DNA of 64,000 nt, taken from the NCBI GenBank assembly GCA_051599415.1, contig AP039704.1, forward strand, positions 124,001-188,000. Reading direction: 5' to 3'. The notes under the pieces are model-generated. The model was given only the letters and a program-made list of their open reading frames with translations. It was not told where the DNA came from and searched no databases. The position numbers were made by a program, and so were the translations under genes. This DNA comes from Savitreella phatthalungensis. Taxonomy: Eukaryota. Positions 11,727 to 21,801 of this stretch are shown in pieces (position 1 is the stretch's first letter; each line of letters starts with the position of its first letter).

Positions 11727-12542
11727 ATGGGCAAGGCGGCAGTGCTCGTGATGGGGCCTGCGGGGTCAGGCAAGTCGACGTTCTGTGGTGCACTGATGAC
11801 GCACATCCGGAATATTGGTCGACGAGCGTACTTGGTCAACATGGATCCTGCCGCTTCCGAGTTTGAGTTCACGCCCACGATCGACATTCGCGACCTGATA
11901 TCGCTTGGCGATGTGATGGAGGAATTGGATTACGGGCCTAACGGCGGACTCGTATATTGCTTTGAGTTTCTCATGGACAACCTCGACTGGTTCGAGGAGG
12001 AGCTAGGTGACTTTGACGACGACTATCTGATCATCGACATGCCAGGTCAGATCGAGCTTTACACGCACATTCCCGTGCTTCCAAAACTGGCGCGCTGGCT
12101 GCAGGACATTCACGGATTCCGGATCTGTGCAGCGTATCTGCTAGAGTCGCCCTTCATCATCGACAAGGCCAAGTTCTTCGCTGGCGTGATGTCTGCAATG
12201 TCGTGCATGGTCTCGATCGAGGTAGCCCACGTCAACATTCTGTCCAAGATGGACTTGATCAAGGATCAGGTGCGGACGGCAGAATTGCGGAGGTTTCTGG
12301 ATCCAGACCCGCTCATGGTGCTCGAGGATGCACAGGCACAAACGAATCCTAAATTTCATGACCTCAACACTGCTGTCGTCCGTCTCATCCAGGACTTCAA
12401 CATGGTATCGTTCCTCCAGCTGGAAGCGAGAGACGAAGAATCCGTCGCGAGAATTCTCAGCTACATCGACGATTGTACACAGTGGTTGGAAGACCAGGAG
12501 CCTAAAATGAAGGACGAGGAAGAAGTGGGTGACGACGAATAA
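11727..12542 (+). CDS. GPN3: GPN-loop GTPase 3
   Basis: P-loop GPAGSGKST, VNMDPAA, YGPNGGL (GPN loop), DMPGQIELYTH, NILSKMDL. Confidence 0.92.
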   Translation: MGKAAVLVMGPAGSGKSTFCGALMTHIRNIGRRAYLVNMDPAASEFEFTPTIDIRDLISLGDVMEELDYGPNGGLVYCFEFLMDNLDWFEEELGDFDDDYLIIDMPGQIELYTHIPVLPKLARWLQDIHGFRICAAYLLESPFIIDKAKFFAGVMSAMSCMVSIEVAHVNILSKMDLIKDQVRTAELRRFLDPDPLMVLEDAQAQTNPKFHDLNTAVVRLIQDFNMVSFLQLEARDEESVARILSYIDDCTQWLEDQEPKMKDEEEVGDDE

Positions 12543-14920
12543 CGGAGCAGTTTTGGAGTGACGAGACACGAATACACAGTCCTTGTATTGATGTTTGGAC
12601 CGCCAATCGACCTACCCGACCTCGAGGCATCAATGGAAATCGCTGGTATGGGGCTTTGAGAGATTTCACACGAGCATTCGGAGGGATTACCGCACACGCG
12701 ACTGGATCGTTCCACCTGCGCAGCTTGTGCAGGATCTGTCTCCTGCAGATTCTGAGGTGGATCATGTGCCCTCGCGTAGAGTCAATCGCGAGAGGACTAC
12801 AAGTTCGGGTTGAATACGGTCTATTTTGACCGCCATGATCGTTTCCGGTGGACAACAGCAACCAATGCACGCAGACGTAGATCGGTCGATCAAATCTAAA
12901 GTGATCACTTGTCTGAATGACAAGTGGCAATGGCGAGCTTTCGAGGCTCACCGATGCACGTCTCTGTGTCCCTCGAGTCTATTGCACGTACATTTCTGGT
13001 TCAAGTCAGTGGTATGCACGCCACCGGATCGATCGTCTGGCTATGAGAAGACATGGATGTTTTGGAGTTGATGCCGTTGGCGACTCGAGGTCAAACAGGT
13101 TGAAGTCACAGTTGAGTTTGGCTTTCCACCGACTTCAAGTTTTTCCAGTGCACGTTTGAGCCTACTGGCGCGTATGCCAACCGTTTGAATCTGTGTCGGA
13201 GGTGCCGATCAGAAGAGACAGCGGAGGACACAGCGTCTGGGTCGGATATGGTCGAATCGATTGTTGCAACACCGGGTCGAATTCTACATCAAACATATGC
13301 TATTTTTATCAAACATATGCTTTTTTTTAATACGGAGGCGCAGCTGCTCCACCGCAGCCCGCCTGGAGCAGTATGTGAATTGAATATCGACCGATCATTG
13401 GGAGCACGCGACAAACACGTTCAAGCACTGTATGCTTCTCATATCCACTTTCTAGAGTCAATCTGGTGAAGAGAATCACAACGATGGGGGAGATTTCCAC
13501 TGCGCAGATTTACCCGCAGATTTACGCGCACATGGATATACGAGCTTCCAACGGGATTCTTTGATCTGCGCGGGATTAACCGCAGTTCCATCTAAAGTAT
13601 CTTCAATCTATGACAAGTCTAAACTTTTGACTCAGCCCCCGTTTCAGGCTGAGTTCGATCGCCAATATCTTAGCCCTGCGGGATTGAAAAAGTTGATAAA
13701 CAAAGCAAGCAGATCTGTGTGAGAATGGATAGTCGAGAGGCTTATTTGAAGACGGAGTGCAATTTGCTTGGGATCGATAGAAGGTGGATGAGCGGGAATG
13801 CTTCTCACTTGCTATTTTCCTTTGCTCTTCCAGAACCACTTTCAAACTCTCGATGGCTTGGCAAATTCTCCAATTGACCTCTCCCTGTTCAATTCACAGG
13901 TCGTTGCTCCTGCTTCTGCGCTATCACTGCTGAAATCTTATTTTAAACTTGGTCTTTTGGAGGCTGAGCATCATCGTCGTCATCATCCTCATCCACATCG
14001 TCTTCATCCATCACAGATCTCCTCCAGCCGATTTACATCAGCCTCTCCAAAAGGGCGTCGACCGATTTGTTTGGCTGATTCTTCCAAAGTCACGTCAAAG
14101 TCAGCACAAAGTCAGGTCAAATCCAAGTCAAGTTCAAAGTCAAGTCGACCTTCGTAGTTGTCTGCGGCTGCAGACTCACTCTCAGATCATCCACACACTC
14201 TCTGTCTCTCTCATCCTCTCTCTCATTCTCTCTCATTCTCTCTCAGTCTCCCTCAGTCTCTCTCTCTCTCTGTCAACACTTGACTGTAGTTATCCTTACA
14301 GGGGAAAAGAGCGAGGACGTAACACTCTCTCTGGAAAGTGGAGCTCCCCTAAAGCCTTGGAATTGTATCAAGCAGCACTCACTGACGTCCACCTAACAAT
14401 CCATCCATCTATTTTCCGTTGTGTTGGTTTGGACAGAGGAAAGGTGGTTGACAGGTATACAAAGTAACACACACGCATCATGCTCGTCCATGTCTAGAGG
14501 CTGAGGTCAAGATCAGACGTGATCACCCTCACTCCATCCAAAGCCGCTTCTCTTCACAAGGCGCAGCACAAAAGCAACCTCACAAACCCTTCCCGGTTCC
14601 CGTTCATCCGACACGCGGGACTCTGTAGAAGCTCCACCGGAGATCCCGATCAAGCGTAGTCATTCACCTCTTGCTTGCACACCATTCTTGGAGAGTCTCT
14701 CTCGCTCCGACTTGCCAAACTACTTGCCTTGGCATCGATCCTCCGAACCCGGTAGACGTAGACTCATCCTCACAGGGACCTACGCATACGCATACACACT
14801 GGGACACGCGCATCCGCTCCTGCGCATCACTTGCCAGACTTCCCTCCTCCACTTTCTCTCTCTCCTTCCTCCTCTTACACAGGCCACCCTATAAATCCAT
14901 TCCAGCCTCCACTCGACACA

Positions 14921-17900
14921 ATGTCGAGACCGCGCATCAACCTAGACACATCAAATCTAGACCCTCGACAAGACATCGAGCCCTCAACCATTCACACTTC
15001 CTCGGGATCGCGCACCGGCAACAGGAGTACGAACGGTCACGGGAACATCAGTAACCACCCAGCGTCAGACGATATTCGCCCTGCGCAACCTTTGATGAGC
15101 TCCGTCACAAGTGGCGGCGAAGGATCTACGATGGTCGGCCAAGCTGACGCAAATCAAAGTGGCAAAGCAAATTATTTGAGTGTGCCAGGCGTGCGTGAGC
15201 GCGCATCTTCGACAGATTCATCTGCATGGTCCTCTGACGATGTTCACGTAGCACGTGCAGAGAAGGATGATGCAGAGCTCGATGCCCGCCGGATACTCGA
15301 AGAAGGCGAGGATGCATCGCCCTCAGACTCACATTTCGCCTTCACGAACAAGCAGTTGCAGGCGCTTGTGGATCCGAAAAACATCGAGCTTCTTCGGCAG
15401 ATGGGAGGTTTGCGTGGTTTAGCAAAAGGTCTTCAGAGTGATCTCAATGCCGGACTTTCATGGGATGAGACAATCTTGCCGCTCAAGGTCTCTCGAGAGG
15501 AGGCACTCGCATACGCTAAGGAGGCTGACACCGTGGATACCTCGAACGAGAAAGGCGGATCGAATGGTGACGATCGCCGGATAGTCATGACTCCTCAGAC
15601 GCCATCTCAGCAGCAAATGCTCTCAAAACGGCCGACCACGGGTCTGCGCAAGACACTCACGATGCGCAGCACTATGCGCCAGGACGAAAACAAGATGGTC
15701 GACCGTCAGGGTTACTTTGGCCGGAATGTGCTGCCTGCTCGTAAGACCAAGAACATCTTCCAGCTGATGTGGATCGCCCTGCAGGACAAGGTGCTCATCC
15801 TTCTGTCTATCGCAGCAGTCATCTCTTTGGCCCTTGGACTCTACGAAACGTTTGGTACACCCGAGGAGATCGTCGATGGCAGACCTGTGCCCCACGTCGA
15901 ATGGGTCGAAGGTGTGGCCATCATTGTCGCCATCCTCATCGTCACCGTCGTCGGCTCAGCAAACGACTTTCAGAAGGAACGTCAGTTCGCAAAGCTGAAC
16001 AAGAAGAAAGAGGACCGCAAAGTGACGATTGTACGGAGCGGCAAGACCGCGCGCATGTCAGTCTTCGATGTTCAGGTCGGCGATGTGATGAAATTCGAGC
16101 CAGGAGACGTGCTTCCCGTCGACGGAGTCCTCATTCAAGGACACAATGTCCGTTGCGACGAGTCTGCCGCAACAGGAGAATCCGACACGCTGAAGAAGAT
16201 GCCCGGTGACGAGGCTCTCCAGCTTGTCGACCCGGGTCAAGCCTTTGACAAGAAAGCTGATCCTTTCATGCTTTCTGGCGGCAAGGTGGTCGAAGGTGTA
16301 GGCTCGTTCCTTGTGACCTCAGTCGGTACCTCTTCCTTCAACGGCAAGACCATGATGGCTCTCCAGACCGAGGCCGAAGACACACCGCTCCAGGCCAAGC
16401 TCAACAACATCGCCACCATCATCGCCAAGCTCGGCGGTGCTGCAGCTCTCCTCCTCTTCGTCGTCACCTTCATTGAGTATCTCGTCCGTCTTCGCCACAA
16501 CGATGGCACGGCTTCGCAAAAAGGTCAGCAATTCTTGAATCTGCTCATCATTGCCATCACCGTCGTCGTCGTCGCCGTGCCCGAAGGTCTGCCACTGGCG
16601 GTCACGCTCGCACTCGCATTCGCAACAACGCGAATGGTCAAGGACAACTGTCTGGTGCGTATTCTGAAGTCCTGCGAGACGATGGGTGTTGCTACCACCA
16701 TTTGCTCTGACAAGACTGGTACGCTAACGCAGAATCGGATGACTGTCGTCGCTGGAACACTCAGTGTCAGCCAACGCTTCGCTCAGTCGCCCGAAGAGGC
16801 TGCCGCCGACCAGGCTCAGCGTGAAGTCGACCAGCCTGCTCCGAAACGTGCCGACACAGAGGAGATGCACGAGGAAACGAAGCAAATCACATCGTCCCTG
16901 GGACGCGCTCGCAATACCACTCGATTCGTGACGAAGCTCTCCGGCGCAGTCAAGGACATCCTGCTCGACAGCATCTCCCTCAACTCGACGGCTTTTGAGG
17001 GTGTTGACGAACATGGAAAGGACGGGTTCGTTGGCTCGAAAACAGAGACTGCCTTACTCGAGTTTGCACGGATACACCTTGGTATGGGCCCTGTCGCCAC
17101 CTTACGCGCCAATAAGCCCGTTGTCCACATGATCCCGTTCTCATCCGAGAAGAAATGTATGGGATGCGTCATCAAGCAGGCTGACGGCTCTTTCAGGCTG
17201 TTTACAAAGGGTGCTTCCGAGATTGTTTTGTCTTACTGCTCTCGCGTGCTTCAGGATCCTTTCATCGACGAGGCCAAGCCCATCACCCAGCCCATCTCTT
17301 CGCACGATCGCGAAAAGATGGGGGCAACGATCGACGAATACGCCGACCAGTCTCTTCGTACGATCGGTCTCGTGTACCGCGACTTCCCAAGCTGGCCACC
17401 GACTCAGGGCACAGAGCTGGACAAGCTGTTTGAGGACATGACCATGATCGGTATCGTCGGTATCATGGACCCACTTCGACCCGGTGTCAAGGACGCCGTC
17501 CAGACATGCAAGGAGGCCGGTGTTTTTGTCCGCATGGTCACCGGCGACAACGTCGTCACGGCGCGTGCGATCGCTCGCGAGTGCGGCATCTATACAGAGG
17601 GCGGCATCGTCATGGAGGGTCCAGTCTTCCGGAAGCTCTCGCCTGGCGAGATGGACCAGATTATTCCTAGACTCCAAGTACTTGCGCGCTCGTCTCCCGA
17701 GGACAAGCAAATTCTGGTCAAGCGATTGAAGCGTAACGGAGAGACTGTCGCAGTCACAGGAGACGGCACGAATGACGGTCCTGCACTCAAGATGGCCGAC
17801 GTGGGTTTCTCTATGGGTATCGCAGGCACAGAGGTCGCCAAGGAAGCCTCTGCTATCATTCTCATGGACGACAACTTCAGCTCGATCATCAAGGCCATGG

Positions 17901-19189
17901 CCTGGGGTCGTGCGGTTAACAACGCCGTCAAGAAGTTCCTCCAGTTCCAAATCACCGTCAATATCACCGCCGTTTTGCTCACCTTCATCTCGGCTGTTTC
18001 TGGCACAGATGAGACGTCTGTTCTCACAGCCGTCCAGCTTCTCTGGGTCAATTTGATCATGGACACGCTCGCAGCACTCGCTCTCGCAACTGACCCACCC
18101 GGCCCATCGCTGCTGAAGGTCAAGCCTGCTCGCAAGTCTGACAATCTGATCACATTCGACATGTGGAAGATGATCATCGGGCAGAGCATCTACCAGTTGA
18201 CCGTTACTCTAATCCTCTACTATGTCGGCGCCGATATCTTCGACTGGGACCTCTCAACAAACCAGGGTATGGTCGAACGCCAGACTGTCGTCTTCAACAC
18301 CTTTGTCTGGTGTCAGATCTTCAACCAGCTGAACAATCGTCGTCTCGACAACAAGTTGAACGTGTTTGAGGGCATCCTGCGCAACTACTTCTACATCATC
18401 ATTAACCTGGTCATGATTGGTGGTCAGGTCCTCATCATCTTCGTCGGCGGCCGCGCCTTCAGTGTCACGCGGATCAAAGGCGACGACTGGGCCGTTTCGA
18501 TCATCGTCGGTGCCATCTCGATTCCAATTGCCATCATCATTCGTCTGATCCCCAACAGCATCATCAGGATCTTTGTGCCCCGATTCATACTCGAGTACGA
18601 CAGCCGGAAGGTGGTCGAGATCTCGGACGAATCGCGCGCAGAGTGGAATCCGGCAATCAACCAGGTCCGTGACGAGCTTGCATTTATTCGCTACTTCCGC
18701 TCATCCCGCAGGATTGGTGACATTGGCAGACAGAAGAAATCAACAGACAAATACTTCCACGGCGACCGCGAGCGTTACCGCAAGGCTCGACAGGGTAGTG
18801 TGGCGGCAGCAATCATGATGCCTTCCTTTGTGGCTTCCTCGACTGCAGGCTTCGGTCCGCCGTCACCGTCACCTTCGTCAACTGGTCGACCTTCGTTCAA
18901 CGATGCTGCACGACGAGGATCCAGCAACGGGTCACAGTCTCAGGGTTCTCCCACGCGCACCGGTGCAGGTGAGAAGCTGCAATCTGAGCATCTCACACCC
19001 TTGCCTGCCACACAGTCTGCGCGTGCAGTAACAGCAGCACCACAGCCGACCTTCACAACCACCGTCTACCCTAGCAACGACACAGTGACACCACCAACAA
19101 GTACAAATCCCGCGACCGTTGCCGCAGTCGCACGCAACGCTGACCCCGGCCGTGCAACAGCAGCTGACCAAGCGGATCATCTAGTCTAG
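14921..19189 (+). CDS. PMC1: Vacuolar/PMCA-type P2B Ca2+-transporting ATPase
   Basis: TGES, VVAVPEGLPLAVT, phosphorylation site CSDKTGT, MVTGDN, GDGTNDGPAL, QLLWVNLIMDT. First ATG at 14921. Confidence 0.95.
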   Translation: MSRPRINLDTSNLDPRQDIEPSTIHTSSGSRTGNRSTNGHGNISNHPASDDIRPAQPLMSSVTSGGEGSTMVGQADANQSGKANYLSVPGVRERASSTDSSAWSSDDVHVARAEKDDAELDARRILEEGEDASPSDSHFAFTNKQLQALVDPKNIELLRQMGGLRGLAKGLQSDLNAGLSWDETILPLKVSREEALAYAKEADTVDTSNEKGGSNGDDRRIVMTPQTPSQQQMLSKRPTTGLRKTLTMRSTMRQDENKMVDRQGYFGRNVLPARKTKNIFQLMWIALQDKVLILLSIAAVISLALGLYETFGTPEEIVDGRPVPHVEWVEGVAIIVAILIVTVVGSANDFQKERQFAKLNKKKEDRKVTIVRSGKTARMSVFDVQVGDVMKFEPGDVLPVDGVLIQGHNVRCDESAATGESDTLKKMPGDEALQLVDPGQAFDKKADPFMLSGGKVVEGVGSFLVTSVGTSSFNGKTMMALQTEAEDTPLQAKLNNIATIIAKLGGAAALLLFVVTFIEYLVRLRHNDGTASQKGQQFLNLLIIAITVVVVAVPEGLPLAVTLALAFATTRMVKDNCLVRILKSCETMGVATTICSDKTGTLTQNRMTVVAGTLSVSQRFAQSPEEAAADQAQREVDQPAPKRADTEEMHEETKQITSSLGRARNTTRFVTKLSGAVKDILLDSISLNSTAFEGVDEHGKDGFVGSKTETALLEFARIHLGMGPVATLRANKPVVHMIPFSSEKKCMGCVIKQADGSFRLFTKGASEIVLSYCSRVLQDPFIDEAKPITQPISSHDREKMGATIDEYADQSLRTIGLVYRDFPSWPPTQGTELDKLFEDMTMIGIVGIMDPLRPGVKDAVQTCKEAGVFVRMVTGDNVVTARAIARECGIYTEGGIVMEGPVFRKLSPGEMDQIIPRLQVLARSSPEDKQILVKRLKRNGETVAVTGDGTNDGPALKMADVGFSMGIAGTEVAKEASAIILMDDNFSSIIKAMAWGRAVNNAVKKFLQFQITVNITAVLLTFISAVSGTDETSVLTAVQLLWVNLIMDTLAALALATDPPGPSLLKVKPARKSDNLITFDMWKMIIGQSIYQLTVTLILYYVGADIFDWDLSTNQGMVERQTVVFNTFVWCQIFNQLNNRRLDNKLNVFEGILRNYFYIIINLVMIGGQVLIIFVGGRAFSVTRIKGDDWAVSIIVGAISIPIAIIIRLIPNSIIRIFVPRFILEYDSRKVVEISDESRAEWNPAINQVRDELAFIRYFRSSRRIGDIGRQKKSTDKYFHGDRERYRKARQGSVAAAIMMPSFVASSTAGFGPPSPSPSSTGRPSFNDAARRGSSNGSQSQGSPTRTGAGEKLQSEHLTPLPATQSARAVTAAPQPTFTTTVYPSNDTVTPPTSTNPATVAAVARNADPGRATAADQADHLV

Positions 19190-19587
19190 GATTTGGTGGG
19201 AGAGTAGAACAGTGCATAGGATCATGGCTTGATCATTCCTCTTGTACAAATCAGCATTCATTGATTGCCTCATCATCTGTCGTTTCCGTAGCATACGCAC
19301 ATGTTGACTGTGATGGTCACCCTTCCTGCACTGGTGGCCTGTTCCCAACAAATCCATATGCACATGACTTTGAAAATTGGTCCTCAAAATAAGCCACGGT
19401 ATAAACATGCCGTCTATTGCCTTGAGCTGCCAGTCAAAGTAAACCCGAGGCAGGAAGAAGGATATCCAGGCGCAGCACTCATCTGGCGTCAACACACCTC
19501 TCACTACAGCTTTACTCAGTCTATATCAAGCTCTATCGTCAGTATTTCTCCCTACAGATACGTAAGCGAACGAGAGACTACGCACGA

Positions 19588-20478
19588 ATGGCTACCAGGA
19601 CGGTGATGGTGCAGACTCTGACGAGCGCTCGGGGTCATCTCCCGAAACGGATACCTCCATCGTTGCGGGGTCTGCGGACAACACCCTGTGCTCGATCACG
19701 ACCTGTAGAGCCGCCGATATCGCCCGAGAGCACAGTACGGGGTGACGGTGGACGTGGACGGGTACGTCGTGCTGGCTTAGCGATCGTGAAGTACGGGTTG
19801 GTGGGCGGGCTGGCTGGGTACATTGGGTTCTCGCTATCTCGGCAGCTTGTTCACCCTCTCCCGACGCCTGCCGTCCGGGACCTGCCAAGGGCGGAAGTAG
19901 ACGCCCATGTGGCCGAGATCGAGCAACTCATCAACACACACCCGACCGTGCAAGCACTCCGTACACGCCAAGATCTCCACGAGTCAAGACCACACCTCCG
20001 AATCCACCCGTCAGACAAGCCACACAACCTGACGGCCGGCACGCTGGCCGGTCCGGGCAAGATCACGGTGGCGCCGTACGTGTGGGGGGATCGGGAGGGC
20101 AAGGAGCTGTATGTGGTTGCGCATTTGGGGAGGGATCTGTGTGGACACGATGGGATCGTGCATGGGGGTCTGCTTGCGACGTTTCTGGACGAAGGGCTTG
20201 CGCGGTGCTGCTTCAGGGCGCTACCAAACAAGATCGGCGTCACAGCCAACCTCACAATCGACTACCGCAAACCCACACGCGCACACCAGCTCGTCCTCAT
20301 GACCGCCCACACCACCTCCGTCCAAGGCAGGAAGGCCTACGTCGAGGGAAAACTACAGACGATGCCTAGAAACGCGTGGGAGCAGCAAGTCACGCTCGTC
20401 GAGGCCACTGCACTGTTCGTCGAGCCCAGGTACGCCAAGATGATGCGACGCGTCGTCAGACAGGAGTACCTCGAGTAA
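19588..20478 (+). CDS. Hotdog-fold (PaaI/THEM4-like, Fmp10-like) thioesterase, probably mitochondrial
   Basis: HLGRDLCGHDGIVHGGLLATFLDE catalytic motif, GVTANLTIDYRKPT, EATALFVEP. Arg-rich presequence followed by one hydrophobic segment. Confidence 0.85.
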   Translation: MATRTVMVQTLTSARGHLPKRIPPSLRGLRTTPCARSRPVEPPISPESTVRGDGGRGRVRRAGLAIVKYGLVGGLAGYIGFSLSRQLVHPLPTPAVRDLPRAEVDAHVAEIEQLINTHPTVQALRTRQDLHESRPHLRIHPSDKPHNLTAGTLAGPGKITVAPYVWGDREGKELYVVAHLGRDLCGHDGIVHGGLLATFLDEGLARCCFRALPNKIGVTANLTIDYRKPTRAHQLVLMTAHTTSVQGRKAYVEGKLQTMPRNAWEQQVTLVEATALFVEPRYAKMMRRVVRQEYLE

Positions 20479-20576
20479 GAACCCGTTTTCGATTGGTCAT
20501 AATTTCATGTACAGTATACTCTAGATATCTCCATAAATTCCCTGATCCACATGGTCTAACAACAAACCTACCACCC

Positions 20577-21551
20577 ATGATGCTCCCCTGTCGTCCGTAC
20601 CAGCCCGTGATTCGGGGTATGCGCCGGTACCACGACTTTGCGAGGACGACGCGGAAGGTGTGCTGCATCGGTCGTAACTACACCGCCCACATTGCCGAGC
20701 TCAACAACCAAACCCCGTCAACCCCGTTCTTCTTCCTCAAACCACCGTCCTCGATCGTCCAGCCCCCATCACCCTCAGGCACCTCGCTCACTCCACCACT
20801 CACGGGAAACGAACCCTCCTCACAACTCGACCCGTCCAACAGAGCCTTTCTCCAGCTGCCGAAGGGCGTCGAGTCGCACCACGAGGTCGAGTTGGGTGTG
20901 GTGATTGGGAAGGAATTGCGTGAGCTGGTGAGAGGGAAGAGGAGGATGCCGACCGGGAAGGATCGGGAGGATGGTGAGCGGTGGAAGGCGTACTTGGAGG
21001 ACCCCGGTGTGAGGGAGGCGTATGGGGCGGTCGCAGGGTATTTCACGGGGATCGACATGACAGGAAGGAATTTGCAGGAGCGGGTGAAGAAGGCAGGGTT
21101 GCCGTGGACAACACCAAAGGGGTTCGACTCGTACCTGCCGGCCTCGCACTACGTGCCGAAGGAGAAGGAGCTAAGGGAGGAGGTGGTGGTGGCAGGCGGG
21201 AGGAAGGTGAGGAATGTAGGCGAGGCGGTGCAGTATGGGTTGGTCGAGGTGTTCCTGTCGCTTTCAGGGGAAGGCGTCAGACAGAGGGATCGGACGGATC
21301 TGATGGTTTATGATTTGCCGAGGATCTTGAGTCACATCTCGTCAATCATGACGTTGTATCCGGGAGATGTAGTCCTCACGGGCACGCCAAAGGGAGTATC
21401 CAGGTGCAAGGACGGTCAGGTGATGGCCGCAGAGATGAGGGTTGTCAAGTGGGATAGAGAGGACACGTCTCCGGGAGAGGTCATCACCAACTCTCGCGTC
21501 GTCGTCGATTGCGTCGATCGAAAGGGTGGCTTCAACTTTACGGCCGAGTAG
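20577..21551 (+). CDS. Fumarylacetoacetate-hydrolase family protein (FAHD1/Fmp41-like acylpyruvase / oxaloacetate decarboxylase)
   Basis: KVCCIGRNYTAH, PFFFLKP, HHEVELGVVIG, IDMTGRNLQ, GLPW..KGFD, MTLYPGDVVLTGTPKGV. First in-frame ATG at 20577. Confidence 0.88.
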   Translation: MMLPCRPYQPVIRGMRRYHDFARTTRKVCCIGRNYTAHIAELNNQTPSTPFFFLKPPSSIVQPPSPSGTSLTPPLTGNEPSSQLDPSNRAFLQLPKGVESHHEVELGVVIGKELRELVRGKRRMPTGKDREDGERWKAYLEDPGVREAYGAVAGYFTGIDMTGRNLQERVKKAGLPWTTPKGFDSYLPASHYVPKEKELREEVVVAGGRKVRNVGEAVQYGLVEVFLSLSGEGVRQRDRTDLMVYDLPRILSHISSIMTLYPGDVVLTGTPKGVSRCKDGQVMAAEMRVVKWDREDTSPGEVITNSRVVVDCVDRKGGFNFTAE

Positions 21552-21801
21552 AGGATAGAGGGACACTGCACGTGTATGCTATGCTTGCTCGAAAGACGAC
21601 AGAAGACAGTAGTATAAGAATGGATTGTCACAAAAGCAAGAGACGCATGAGAGTTGTAGTAAGAGGAAGTGGTGGTGATGAGGTGATGTTCTGGTGGATG
21701 TCCGATGGAAAGAGTTGGTGGTTTGATGGGGAAAGGAGGAAGAGGGAATAAGAGAGGATATGCCTGCCTGTTTTACCTTTTTCTATTTTCTTTTTACCCC
21801 T

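Noticed and set aside
12590..12830. Faint resemblance to RNase P / MRP conserved regions (GAGAGATTTCAC, AGAGTCAATCG, ATGGGGCT)
   Set aside because: No proper CR-I / CR-V pair forming P4 in the right order. Kept only as a generic structured-RNA candidate.
13288..13530. Short tandem duplications (20-bp ATCAAACATATGCTWTTTTT x2; CGCAGATTTAC x2; similar near 26022-26054, 26302-26326, 41984-42014)
   Set aside because: Only two to three copies with no spacers. Typical slippage products, not CRISPR-like arrays or element termini.
14480..14504. Two tiny overlapping uORFs (MLVHV*, MSRG*) upstream of PMC1
   Set aside because: The TSS is unknown, and a CT-rich tract at about 14840-14880 suggests transcription may start downstream of them.
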